From the NCBI GenBank assembly GCA_964016885.1, contig OZ024743.1, forward strand, positions 160,704,001 through 160,768,000: a stretch of 64,000 nucleotides of DNA. The letters are read 5' to 3'. Shown one piece after another: positions 48,078 through 59,098 of the stretch. The first letter of the stretch is position 1, and the number at the start of each line of letters is the position of its first letter. A program made the position numbers and the translations under genes. The stretch is from Eledone cirrhosa (taxonomy: Eukaryota). The notes under the pieces are model-generated. The model saw only the letters and a list, made by a program, of their open reading frames with translations. It had not been told where the DNA came from and searched no databases.

Positions 48078-48219
48078 GTACATCACAAGTCTAAACACTA
48101 AAGATGCATGTGTGAGTATGTATGTTCTTCTTGAACATGGCGGACCTTGTTGTCTCTTGAGGTCACTGGCTGTGACTTGGTGATAACTCGTATGAACATA
48201 AAGCAAGATAAATGCAACT

Positions 48220-48220
<1 letters not shown>

Positions 48221-48273
<53 letters not shown>
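48221..48273. repeat. (TAA)n microsatellite, right border of the insertion cluster
   Basis: Seen directly. Confidence 0.99.
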
Positions 48274-48392
48274 GTAACAGTGTTACTATTATTGAGTATA
48301 AACTTTACCAGATGGTTTAAAGCTCGATGTAATGGGGTTCATGCAGAGCTGATATATGAAGATTAAGAAACACCTGAGAGTCTATCTATCTA

Positions 48393-49057
<665 letters not shown>

Positions 49058-49369
49058 TATAATACTAAAAGTCTGTGATTGATTGCTTGCTTCTCTGTAA
49101 TGTAATACAGCCATAATAAGAAATAGTTTGAAAAGGCGTTGCCCCTGAAATGGGAATACAAATGGAATAAAACAAGTTTCGCGTAATTCGGTACATGGGT
49201 TTCCCGAGATATAGCGTTTTTCCAGGTACCTTCATAAACAGAGAGAGAAAGAGAGAAAGAGAGAAAGAGATAGTGGTTGTGAGAGATGAGATTAAAAGAG
49301 AGACATAGAGTGAGGGAGAGGAGACAGAGAAGGAGAATGGAAGAGAATAGTGCTGGTGGTGTTGTTATG

Positions 49370-49411
<42 letters not shown>

Positions 49412-49683
49412 AGTGTGTGAGTGTGTGTGTCTATGACCAATGTATATAGATCACAGACACCCACATATATATGCACACACACATACATGTATACATATAT
49501 GTATATACACACATATTTACATTTATACATACACACATGTATATATATGGGCATTCCAGTTTCATTTCACATTATATACATGTCTCTGTATATTTTAATT
49601 ATTTAAAAATAATTTTTAAGTGAACATGATTTTTGAAAGAAATTTTGAAGAGAACGTGACCCAACAGGTCATGGGTGGTCTAG
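49058..49683 (+). mobile_element. Non-autonomous Helitron copy 2 (diverged sister)
   Basis: Collinear with copy 1; imperfect hairpin at 49656-49672 and CTAG|T at 49680-49684. Confidence 0.82.
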
Positions 49684-49848
49684 TACACAACAGAACGAAC
49701 ACGTTTTGCCTACAGCATATTTCTTAATGATATTCTCATACTGAATCTCCATCATAAATACACACTACGACTCTAGTGAGCTTTTTCCTGCTTACTCCTG
49801 TTTTTACCTAGTGACAACCTAGATCACACGGATAAACAATTTTTCTGG

Positions 49849-49850
<2 letters not shown>

Positions 49851-49934
<84 letters not shown>

Positions 49935-49935
49935 A

Positions 49936-49967
<32 letters not shown>

Positions 49968-49968
49968 A
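49851..49968. repeat. (AC)n followed by (TA)n
   Basis: Seen directly. Confidence 0.98.
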
Positions 49969-50149
49969 GTTATTCCGAGTTGAATCGGAGGTAACCACAG
50001 TAAGTAAGGTACTCAATACATAACAGAGTATAACAGTTTTAATATAGAAGAGCTTCTAGAGGACTAGAACTGTTTCATTCGTGAGAAATCATCAGGGAGC
50101 TCTCTGATGATTTCTCACGGATGAAACAGTTCTAGTCCTGTATAAGATC

Positions 50150-50156
<7 letters not shown>
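49969..50156. mobile_element. Probable Penelope-like pLTR remnant forming a ~114-bp palindrome with hammerhead core motifs
   Basis: Inverted arms centred on GAGCTC (50097-50102); each arm reads CTGATGA..GAAAC; flanked by (TA)n. Confidence 0.6.
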
Positions 50157-50200
<44 letters not shown>

Positions 50201-50899
50201 CTATCTGATGATATGCAAATCTGGCTGATCAAAGTATGTGGTTTCAACAGTCTTCTCAGTTCAATTTTTTAGCGTCATGCCTTAAATAGCACTTTAGTCC
50301 AGTTACTGATTTACATATCAACCCATATTTAGTGCAGATAACAGGAGTTTGAGTGGAGCAGAATCGAAGGTTTGATCTAATCTTGGTGTCAGATCTTAGA
50401 TCACGATGAACCATGCGAGATTTTTTATAATTCTATATACCTTCATAGCAAACATTTCTTCATTTTCTACGGCCAGAAGGTAATGCTTCAAAACATTGTA
50501 CCTCAGTTTATCTTTATGATCTGCTTACATTACGTGCTCCATTATGAAGTTGACTGCATACCAGGTTTTCGAATGTGTAGCTTCAATCACCCGCAGGACA
50601 TGACCAGCCTATCTGAGTTGGGATTGCACAAAACATGACACAATCCCTCCAATGTTTTCCCCCGTGAAGAGATGAGCATTGGAGTTTGTCAGAAAGTGCA
50701 TAAACACAGATAGAGTGGAGAAAATGTGTGTGGAAGACACCAAGCTTATAAATGAGGGTGCGATGAATTGTCCGTATAAGCGTGTTGTCAGTACCATTGC
50801 ACAATAAACTGCAACTGACCCCATAGACAATGATGTAGTTTGCCAAAAGCGTCAGTTTCTTTAGAGATACGATTGATTATCCAGGGATGCAGAGCTACA

Positions 50900-53471
50900 C
50901 ACCTTGATACTAAGGTAAGTAAAGGAATTCACATACTTCAGATTATTGTCAATAAGTGTCACGGTAATATTGGCATGTCCGTGCCTGCCCCGGCTGTCCT
51001 TGTCTAACATCTTCTACCATGCTTTTTGAGGATTTTCCAGAGAGCTTTATGATTGACAGTGTCAAAGGTTTTGCTCAAGTCGGCAAAGCCCATAAAGAGT
51101 TCCTGGTTCTTTTCACGAAACTTCTCTGCAGCTTACTGAAGGGAGAAAATCATGCCCATAGTACCCCGATCTGTGCAGAAAACATTGATTTTCAGAGCAG
51201 ATATTTTCAACAAGTCTAGATGTAATTCTGTTGAGAATTACACGGGCAAGTGCTTGCCAGCATTACAGAGAAAGGAGATGCCATGAGAATTGTCACAGAT
51301 AGATGTTATACCATTGTACTTGATGACATGGATTATAGATGCATCTCAGAAGTCTTGAGAGATATGTTCGACCTTCGAGATTTCCAGACGTAACCGAAGT
51401 ATCTTACGAACCAGGTTTTGACCGCTATATTTGAAAATTTCAGGCGACATCTATCATTGCCAGTACCTTAATTGGATGACAGTTGCTTGTTAGTGGGTTG
51501 TATTTTATTTAAATTTGGCTTGAATGCTACATGTTCAACTGTTGACTCAGTATTTAGGACCTTTTCGAAGTGTCCCTTCCATCGAGAGAGTATCTTAGCT
51601 TTGCCCATGTATGGGGTCGTACAATCAAAAGTTAGAACTGCATTTGATATGTTCGCTTTCGGACCATACACCGCCTTCAGACCATCATAAAAAGCTCTTG
51701 AATTCTTTTTATCGGCAGCGTTCTGTAGATCAGCTGCTTTAGCTGTCCACTAGATATCCTTTATCTTTCTGAGCACTGTACCCGCTGCTTAGAGTTTTTA
51801 TAGGCTTTCTTTTTAGTTGGTGAGTTTTTTATATCTCCAATCCAGAGCCTGTGCAGGGTATGCATTTGCTGATAAGGTTCTGGACATTTGAGTTGCTTTC
51901 ATCAATCCAGTACTGGTGTTTTCTCATGCGGAATCCTGAGATTTCTACGGAGGCTGCATATGTGGCATCTTTGAGCTCTTTCCACGAAACCTCAATCTCA
52001 TCAGAATTTTGTCGACGGATGAGTCAATTTTTGAAAATGTTCCAGTGGATTTTTGCAAATGTTATCAGTGGATTTCAAAGAACCTACATCAATATTGGGC
52101 GAGATAGGCGGCTTTAAAAGACGCCTTTTGCGGGCAGGATTGAATGAATTCTTACTGCGCGGCAGTGCATGATCCGAAAGATAGCAAGAACACTGAAAAC
52201 AACGAGTGATTTTGAAATGTTTTAGGTCACGCCTGTGTGTAATGACATAGTCGATTATGTGCCAATCCTTGGATCTATAATGTATCCATGCTGCTGGTTG
52301 GGTTGTAGGTTATTGAAACAATCTAATAGTGGTGTTATGATCAATTTTCTCACAGAGTGAAAGCAACCTCAGCCCCTTAAATTTCATAAATCCAACTCCA
52401 TTAAACCCAAGAATGTCATGTCACGTTTGATGATCCAATTATGATGAGCTTGTTCCTGTATAGAACAGTGGAGACCACTGTGTGATGCTGATTATGAACG
52501 TTGGGACGTAACAACGCATAGTGTAACAGAAATGTTGTTTGCTAGATCCAGATAAAGTGTCATAATACGATCACTGATGTTAGGGGTCTAGCTCTGTCAG
52601 ATCTAATGACAAAACCAACAGCTGACTGACAGTGGTGCTTTTCACTTCATCCGGATCAGAAGACTGTGTACCCTCCCCTACTTCCATTTTGGATGTGCCA
52701 GGTAGCGGGGTTTCATTTATCGCACAGGCATCAATGTAATATCTGTTGAATACATTGCGGATCAGCGCTGATCTTCGCTCCAGACTTGAAATACTGTCCT
52801 GGAGTGTTCTCACATTTCTGGAACCATAATTTAAATTTAAATTATTTATTTATTTCGACCGCATGTTTGGATAACCGCTGTTTACCGCTGTTTACTGCCA
52901 GGTTAAAAGATTGGGCAACTATTTGTTTATGGCTCTTTCTATCACCCTCTTCCTGTGTCGGGAAAGCTGTGCTATGTCTAAATCCACCTGCTTTGTCACA
53001 ATCAGGGAACAGGACAGCCCCAATTTCTTATATTTGTGCATGAACGACCACAAGCAGAAGGCTGCCACTATGTAGAGTTCCAGTTAAAGACTTTCTGTAA
53101 TACTCATTATAAATCCCCGCCGCATTTGCTATCTCACCAGTGGGCTTTCTGTAAATGGTGGGATATCAAATAGCACTGTTAAGTTGTTAGGCTAGCCACA
53201 CAAATGGATTGTTTATAGTGGTGAAAGCTTCTGCTGGACCAGCCACACTTGTCGGAAATGTTGTTAACACCTCAGGTATTGGATGTCCGTTCACTCTCAA
53301 TAATTCCTCCACTCTTTGACGAGTTTTGATTTTCATCGCACATGGTCTCCAAAAATCTTACTCCTCACTAAGCAAACTCGGTGGGGTTACCGGTTTAGTC
53401 GACGATGACCCGACCATGTAAGAAGTTGTACTGGTCCACATATTATCAGTAGCACTCATGCGCGACCTGAC
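50900..53471 (-). mobile_element. Decayed RTE-clade LINE (5'UTR, APE, N-terminal RT)
   Basis: Remnants: NVRTLQD..ERRSALI..YIDACAINET (52580-52813), VYGP..ILSRWKGHFEKVLN (51468-51671), LFMGFADLSKTFDTVNHKALWKILKK (~51020-51100); may extend further left. Confidence 0.8.
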
Positions 53472-53787
53472 ATAAATAGATAAATGCAGCTTAAAAACAT
53501 ACACGCACCTCTACATTTACTTTCACAGCTCTGTACAGACCAACAACTAACACACACATGTATAACTATGCGCACATGTACAGCTCTTTATACAAAACGG
53601 GCTCTTTTCTCTTTTTGATAGAGGCGCGCAATCATCACAATTTAAACAATTTTATCTTACACAAAACCCCAGTTTCCTAGAGATAGTGACTTGAATGAAC
53701 CTGTTATTTTTCTCTAACAATTTCTTTTTTTTTTGTTACCGCTAGTGCCCGTCTAATTCTTTTTATTTCTTCTCTAATTTCCTATTC

Positions 53788-53825
53788 TATTTACTGATGA
53801 AGGAATAATGTCCAAAACGTTACAA
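53788..53825 (+). other. Degenerate hammerhead-like motif, probably a Penelope-derived remnant
   Basis: CTGATGA-A-GGA..TCC-AAAAC-GT-TA; the GAAA core is mutated. Confidence 0.4.
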
Positions 53826-53928
53826 CACTTTTCTTACTATATCAAGCGTAAAACTAATACTATATTTCTTCATTGTACTGTGTCCTTTATTTTGTTATTT
53901 TTTTTCTCTTTTGCATACATACATACAT

Positions 53929-54533
53929 GGTGGCTGCCAACTCGTTTCGAGTACGGCCACTACTTTATATCCATGTAGGAGAACCCTTACCGATGCGCTG
54001 AACGAGTGTGACTTTTTAGTCCAGCCACCGATTTGAAAACTCTGGTACAAACACTACACTTGTGACAATTATTGACACATAGTGCTGGGCCCATGGTACC
54101 ATGTAACGAGAAGTGAAGAGAGATCTCCAGATATAAAGCAATGCCTGTGCTGTGAAGCTTTTATAGTGAGCAAAGGTACTGCACAAAGCCAGTCCTACTC
54201 TCTTAACCAAGATGATATTTATCAAAAAGAATAACAAGTCAACATCATTGGATACCATCAGAGTTGCAGGTGTTATATCAGTTTTCCTTCTCCTAGAATT
54301 CTGCCTTGACAAAGGCAAAGGGGTCATCTCTCCCGGTAATTTTGGATGGCCATTGACTCTTAAGAGCTCCTCTGCCCTTTGACATGTTTTGTTTTTAGTC
54401 CTGAAGGATGTCCAAAGTCACCCTCCTCACCAAGAAACCTTGGTGGGGTTGCCAGTTTAGTCGCCAATGACCCGACCATGAGACAGGTTGTACTGGGATA
54501 CATGTTACCAGTAGCACCAACTGGTGACCTGAC
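53929..54533 (-). mobile_element. Short non-autonomous RTE-related element
   Basis: Its 5' ~120 bp, including the GTCAGGTC terminus, match the RTE 5' end at 53360-53471; ends in (TATG)n. Confidence 0.7.
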
Positions 54534-54624
54534 ATAAAACTAATACTATATTTCTTCATTGTACTGTATCCTTTACTTTGTTATTTTTTTGTCTTTTGCA
54601 TACATACATACATACATTCATACA

Positions 54625-55004
54625 TGGAGGCTGCCAACTCGTTTTCGAGTACGGCCACTACTTTATATCCATGTAGGAGAACTCCTACCGATGCGCTGAA
54701 CGAGTGTGACTTTTTAGTCCAGCCAGCGACTTGAAAACTCTGGTACAAACACTACACTTGTGACAATTATTGACACATAGTGCTGGGCCCATGGTACCAT
54801 GTAACGACAAGTGAAGAGAGATCTCCAGATATAAAGCAATGCCTGTGCCGTGAAGCTTTTATAGTGAGCAAAGGTACTGCACAAAGCCAGTCCTACTCTC
54901 TTAACCAAGATGATATTTATCAAAAAGAATAACAAGTCAACATCATTGGATACCATCAGAGTTGCAGGTGTTATATCAGAGTTTTCCTTCTCCTAGAATT
55001 CTGC
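54625..55004 (-). mobile_element. 5'-truncated sister copy of 53929-54533
   Basis: Near-identical to 53929-54304; (ATAC)n on both sides. Confidence 0.7.
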
Positions 55005-55094
55005 ATACATACATACATACATACATACATACATACATACATACATACATACATACATACATACATACATACATACATACATACATACATACAT
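55005..55094. repeat. (ATAC)n microsatellite
   Basis: Seen directly. Confidence 0.99.
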
Positions 55095-55555
55095 GACAGC
55101 TGCAGACTCTGCTAAGAATATTGCAATCGCTTGTAACAGATCCTGAAAAAGCAATGCCTGTGCTTTGAAGGTTTTTTAAGTGGGAAAAGGCCTTGCACTC
55201 GACCAATCCCACTTTCTGAGCATCTAAAACACTACCCAAAAAGAGGAACTGGTCAACATCATCGGATGCTTCCGAAGCCACAATTTTTTTTTTGTTTTTT
55301 TTTTCAGAGTTTCGCTCTCTTAGATAGGTGTTGTCACGCCCAGGTGGAAAAAAGGTACAACTTAGATAGCCATTGACTCTGTTTAGTTTCTCCGCCCTTT
55401 ATCGGGTCTTGTATTTCATTCCGCAGGGTCTCCAAATATCACCCTCCTCACCATGCAAGCTTGGTGTGGTTATCGGCTTAGTCGCCGACGTTCCGACCAT
55501 GAGACAGGATGTACTGGGTTACATGTTACCAGTAGCACTCGAGAGCGACGTAGAT
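55095..55555 (-). mobile_element. Diverged short RTE-related element
   Basis: Shares ccgaccatgagacagg.tgtactggg.tacatgttaccagtagcac and aagcaatgcctgtgc with 53929-54533; ATAC repeats on both sides. Confidence 0.65.
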
Positions 55556-55599
55556 ACATACATACTTAATCCACACTTCATTGAGTCTGTCTTGTAGAT

Positions 55600-56035
55600 G
55601 GGCATCCTGAAGAACTCTTTGTTACATTGGGTGGACAGAAGTTGGGCTCAAAAGCAACACAGGCCTTCCTTAGTGAGAAGGTGCCATTTTTTGTGAGGAC
55701 CAAGATAGCCCAGTAATAGCCCAGATTTCAACCTTCTCGGTTACTTTTTATGGGTCGTACTTCAAACAAGAACCAATGCTTCACCAGACTCGAGTGTCAA
55801 CAGTTTGAAGACCTGCATCATGTGTGCGCCACGCAAAATAAAAAAAGCAAAGGTTGCGGTAGCTGCAAAAAAAATTCGTTCTCGTGTGGAGGCAGTAATT
55901 GCCCAAAAAGACGGCCATATCGAATGATAAATGTTTTTGTTATAATAAATATCACATGAGAATTATATCGGTTTACTACCATTATTTTAGAATTTATAAC
56001 CGGTTTTAGGCATAATAAAAATTGTCTCAATTATA
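55600..56035 (+). mobile_element. Tc1/mariner transposase C-terminal remnant
   Basis: Reads SKATQAFLSEKVPFF / PSNSPDFNLLGYFLWVVLQTRTN (from 55709) / RSRVEAVIA..GHIE* (ends 55927), i.e. the SPDLNP-type motif region. Confidence 0.7.
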
Positions 56036-56094
<59 letters not shown>

Positions 56095-56282
56095 CGTTTC
56101 TGAATTTGTTTAGCAAGATTCTTTATCTGAAACGCTTGTTGAAACCGATATTGTTATACTTTGGGAGGGTCATGTTGCCAATAAGAAACACACGCAGCTG
56201 CTTTCACTCCAATTTATTATAAATTAAATTTATAAATTTCCGGTTAGTTGGTTGGTTCCACAACCGGACGGTTGTTCATATA

Positions 56283-56327
56283 TTGTCAAAGTTCTTTCGT
56301 CACACATTCTGTGACCTCATCAATGAC
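56283..56327 (-). ncRNA. Inverted copy of the hammerhead motif (core variant TTGATGA)
   Basis: Perfect stem II GTCACA/TGTGAC; C3>U change in the core. Confidence 0.55.
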
Positions 56328-56829
56328 CGGGGATTCTTTTCTCTGTTTTGTGCCTCTCCTTTGTTCTGTCCTACGCCATCTTGTTTGTGTGTTGTGTGTG
56401 TGCTTAGTTTGCGCATGTGTTACATCCGGGTCTCTGTATGTTTTTATTTGTTTATTTATGTGTTTATTTACATGTTACTAGTTGGTTGTTTGTTCTATGT
56501 GTGTGTGTTTTCTAGAAACATAGTATATAGCATAAGATGTACTGAGGGACAATGTAAAGATAAGAATATAGTGTACATAGGTGAAACAGCTCGTAGTATA
56601 GGAGAACGATTAAATGAACACTGGCGAGAGTTTCAAGATAGAAAAGAATCATCAGTACTCCACCAACATGCTTAAATAGAACATAAGGGCAAATTAGAGA
56701 ACATAGAAATAAAAATAAAATCTACACACGGAAAAGATGCAATGTTTAGACAAATCACAGAGGCAATAAACATAAATGAACTCCAACCAAATTAAATAGA
56801 AAACATGAATGGAACAGTAACATCACAAC

Positions 56830-56876
56830 TTGTCACTGATGAGGTCACAGAATGTGTTACGAAAGAACTTTGACAA
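56830..56876 (+). ncRNA. Type I minimal hammerhead ribozyme motif
   Basis: TTGTCA-CTGATGA-G-GTCACA gaatg TGTTAC-GAAA-G aa C-TT-TGACAA: stems I, II and a minimal III. Confidence 0.75.
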
Positions 56877-57080
56877 TATATGAACAACCGCTCGGAAATT
56901 TATAAATTTCTTAAATTTATAAATTTGATTTATAATAAATTGGAGTGAAAGCAACTGTTGTTTCTTATTGGCAACATGACCCTCCCAAAGTATAAATATA
57001 TATATATCAAATATATATCAAGGAAACTAGAAACGAACAAACAAGAAGATGTGTATTCACGCTTGGAAATATATACATAT

Positions 57081-57114
<34 letters not shown>

Positions 57115-57150
57115 GACTGTTTATATGTAAATATTTCTCTATATATATAT

Positions 57151-57671
57151 GGTATAAACGTTTGAATATGTATAATAAAGCCAAAACAATGCAGGTATGG
57201 ACATAGAAAAAAGAATGCAATTGCAAAAGATATTGTTGACAATTCGTCTTTTACCTTAGATCTATCCCTAACATTTACGAATAGACTTATCTTTTCACAC
57301 TCACACACACACACACTCACATACTTACACCTTCATGCATTCTCCCACATACTTAAACAGGCATGTATATATTAAAAAAAAACCTAAACAAACCCCTTTT
57401 AAAGGGAGATTACTCTTTATCCACCTAATTTTAACTCTTTGACATTAGAGATAGAACAGATACTCTATACTATTTCCTGTCAGCATGGCTTGGCTGGTTT
57501 GAGACCTTTATTTCCCTCTGAAGAAGAGATATTATCTCGAAAATTAAGGACATTTAAATAAATTTAAGGTAAAAGCGAATTGTCAACAATATCTTTTTCA
57601 ATTGCATTCTTTTTTTTATGTCCATACCTGCATTGTTTTGGTTTTATTATACATATTCAAACGTTTATACC
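57151..57671 (+). mobile_element. Second Penelope-like remnant with inverted repeat and hammerhead motif
   Basis: Inverted repeat 57151-57260 / 57561-57671; CTGAAGA-A-GAGAT att ATCTC-GAAA-AT-TA at 57518-57546. Confidence 0.65.
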
Positions 57672-57707
57672 TCATTACACAATGCTTCAAGTGAACAATA
57701 ACCTCCT

Positions 57708-57752
<45 letters not shown>

Positions 57753-57902
57753 CTTTCTTTTTATTTTCCACTATATATTTAAAAGAATAGAGGTGTAACA
57801 CACGAGTTATGATATATTGGTAAAAGGAAAAGAAAATGCTGACAAATTGTTCCCAGTGAAAAATAGTTTAATTAGGAATAAGTAAAAATTAGTAATAAGC
57901 AT

Positions 57903-58081
57903 TTGTTTCTACCTTAGGCACAAGGTAAGCAATTATCCAATGCATTACTGGTACTTTATTTTATCGACCCCGTAAGGATGAAAGGCAAAGTCAACCTCGG
58001 GGGGATTTGAACTCAGATCGTAAAGGGACGTAACTATGCTGGAAAGCATGGTATCCGACCCTCTACTGATACTGCTAATCC
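57903..58081 (-). mobile_element. tRNA-derived SINE copy inserted in the Penelope 3' pLTR
   Basis: Same family as 11981-12162; absent from the matching repeat at ~62860. Confidence 0.88.
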
Positions 58082-58520
58082 TAGTATTCAGTTTTGGTTT
58101 TAAGTTTTTACCGGTTGCACCTTTCTAATGCTTTTCAAAAATAATTTTGAGATAGAGCGCCCGTGATGTTTGATCTAATCTGATTAGTTTTGAAATTCTA
58201 GCTGTCTTATGTGAAAAAAGTGGCTCCAGATGTATTAAAATAAGTTTTGCGCCAATTCGTGATGCGAAAATTCTTGTGGTCAAAACAATTTTGATTGGTC
58301 GGTAGAGGTCATGTGAATGTTAAAAATTGATTTTGCGCCAAATGTAGGTTTGTCTCGGCTGATTGTGCAGTCACTGAAAAATAAGTCTTTTAAGACAAAT
58401 ATGTGTGTGTGTGTGTGTGTAGTAGTAAAGAGGTTCATTGTTGTGATAATAGTCAGTAGGTATGTGTGTGTGAATTGCAGTCATGTTGACAGGTCAACAG
58501 TTCAGGTGCCTATTAAGACA

Positions 58521-58556
<36 letters not shown>

Positions 58557-59098
58557 TCTTTGTATGTTAGTGTACGCGTGTGTATGTGTGTGTGTATATA
58601 TATATGTGTGTGTATGTATATATGTGTATGTGTGTGTGTGTGTGTGGGTGGACCAGTATTTTTGTGATACTGGTAAAAATGGTGTACATTATTCGATATT
58701 TTCAGTAAAAACAATTCTCTCAAAAGAACGTCAAAAATCTTAATAATAAAAGGTGTGAAATGATATATAGTATTGTCATAACACCAAGGTGTGTGTGAGT
58801 GTCCGAGATTGTACGTACTGCAATGGGAATCCATTAGGCCCTGCCGTATTGGAATACTTGTGTACAAATATATATGTGCCCATCAGTCTGCAATGCATGC
58901 GTGCATATATGTATGTGTGTGTGTCAGCACGTTTATATCTATAGACATCAAAAGGTATGCAAATTTGTGTATATTTGTGCTGCACCATAGAACATGTGTG
59001 TTTACTTATGTGATTGTGTTTATATGTGGATAGAGATGTATGTAGGATGTATGCTGATGTAGGTATGTATGTTGACGTGTGTATGTTGTGGGTTCGTA

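Larger units (their letters stand above)
34121..48220 (+). repeat. Tandem array of seven ~2014-bp units of truncated family B
   Basis: ORF starts at 34236, 36250, 38264, 40278, 42292, 44306 and 46323; every unit begins at the equivalent of ~32125 (KKAFDSLPH) after a short (TAA)6-7. Confidence 0.97.
56155..56995 (+). mobile_element. 5'-truncated Penelope-like element with inverted pLTR
   Basis: GIY-YIG remnant NIVYSIRC..VYIGETARSIGERLNEH (~56517-56810); inverted repeats 56155-56327 and 56830-56995. Confidence 0.85.

Noticed and set aside
21817-48220. CRISPR-like or host multigene-family reading of the arrays
   Set aside because: Units are kilobase retrotransposon 3' fragments with UTR and tail; there are no unique spacers or cas genes
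55750-55959. Cys-rich 69-aa ORF as a small protein
   Set aside because: Alternative frame of the Tc1/mariner transposase remnant
58845-58900. Hammerhead in the large Penelope 3' region (minus strand CTGATGG...ACAA)
   Set aside because: Both core boxes are mutated; too degenerate to call
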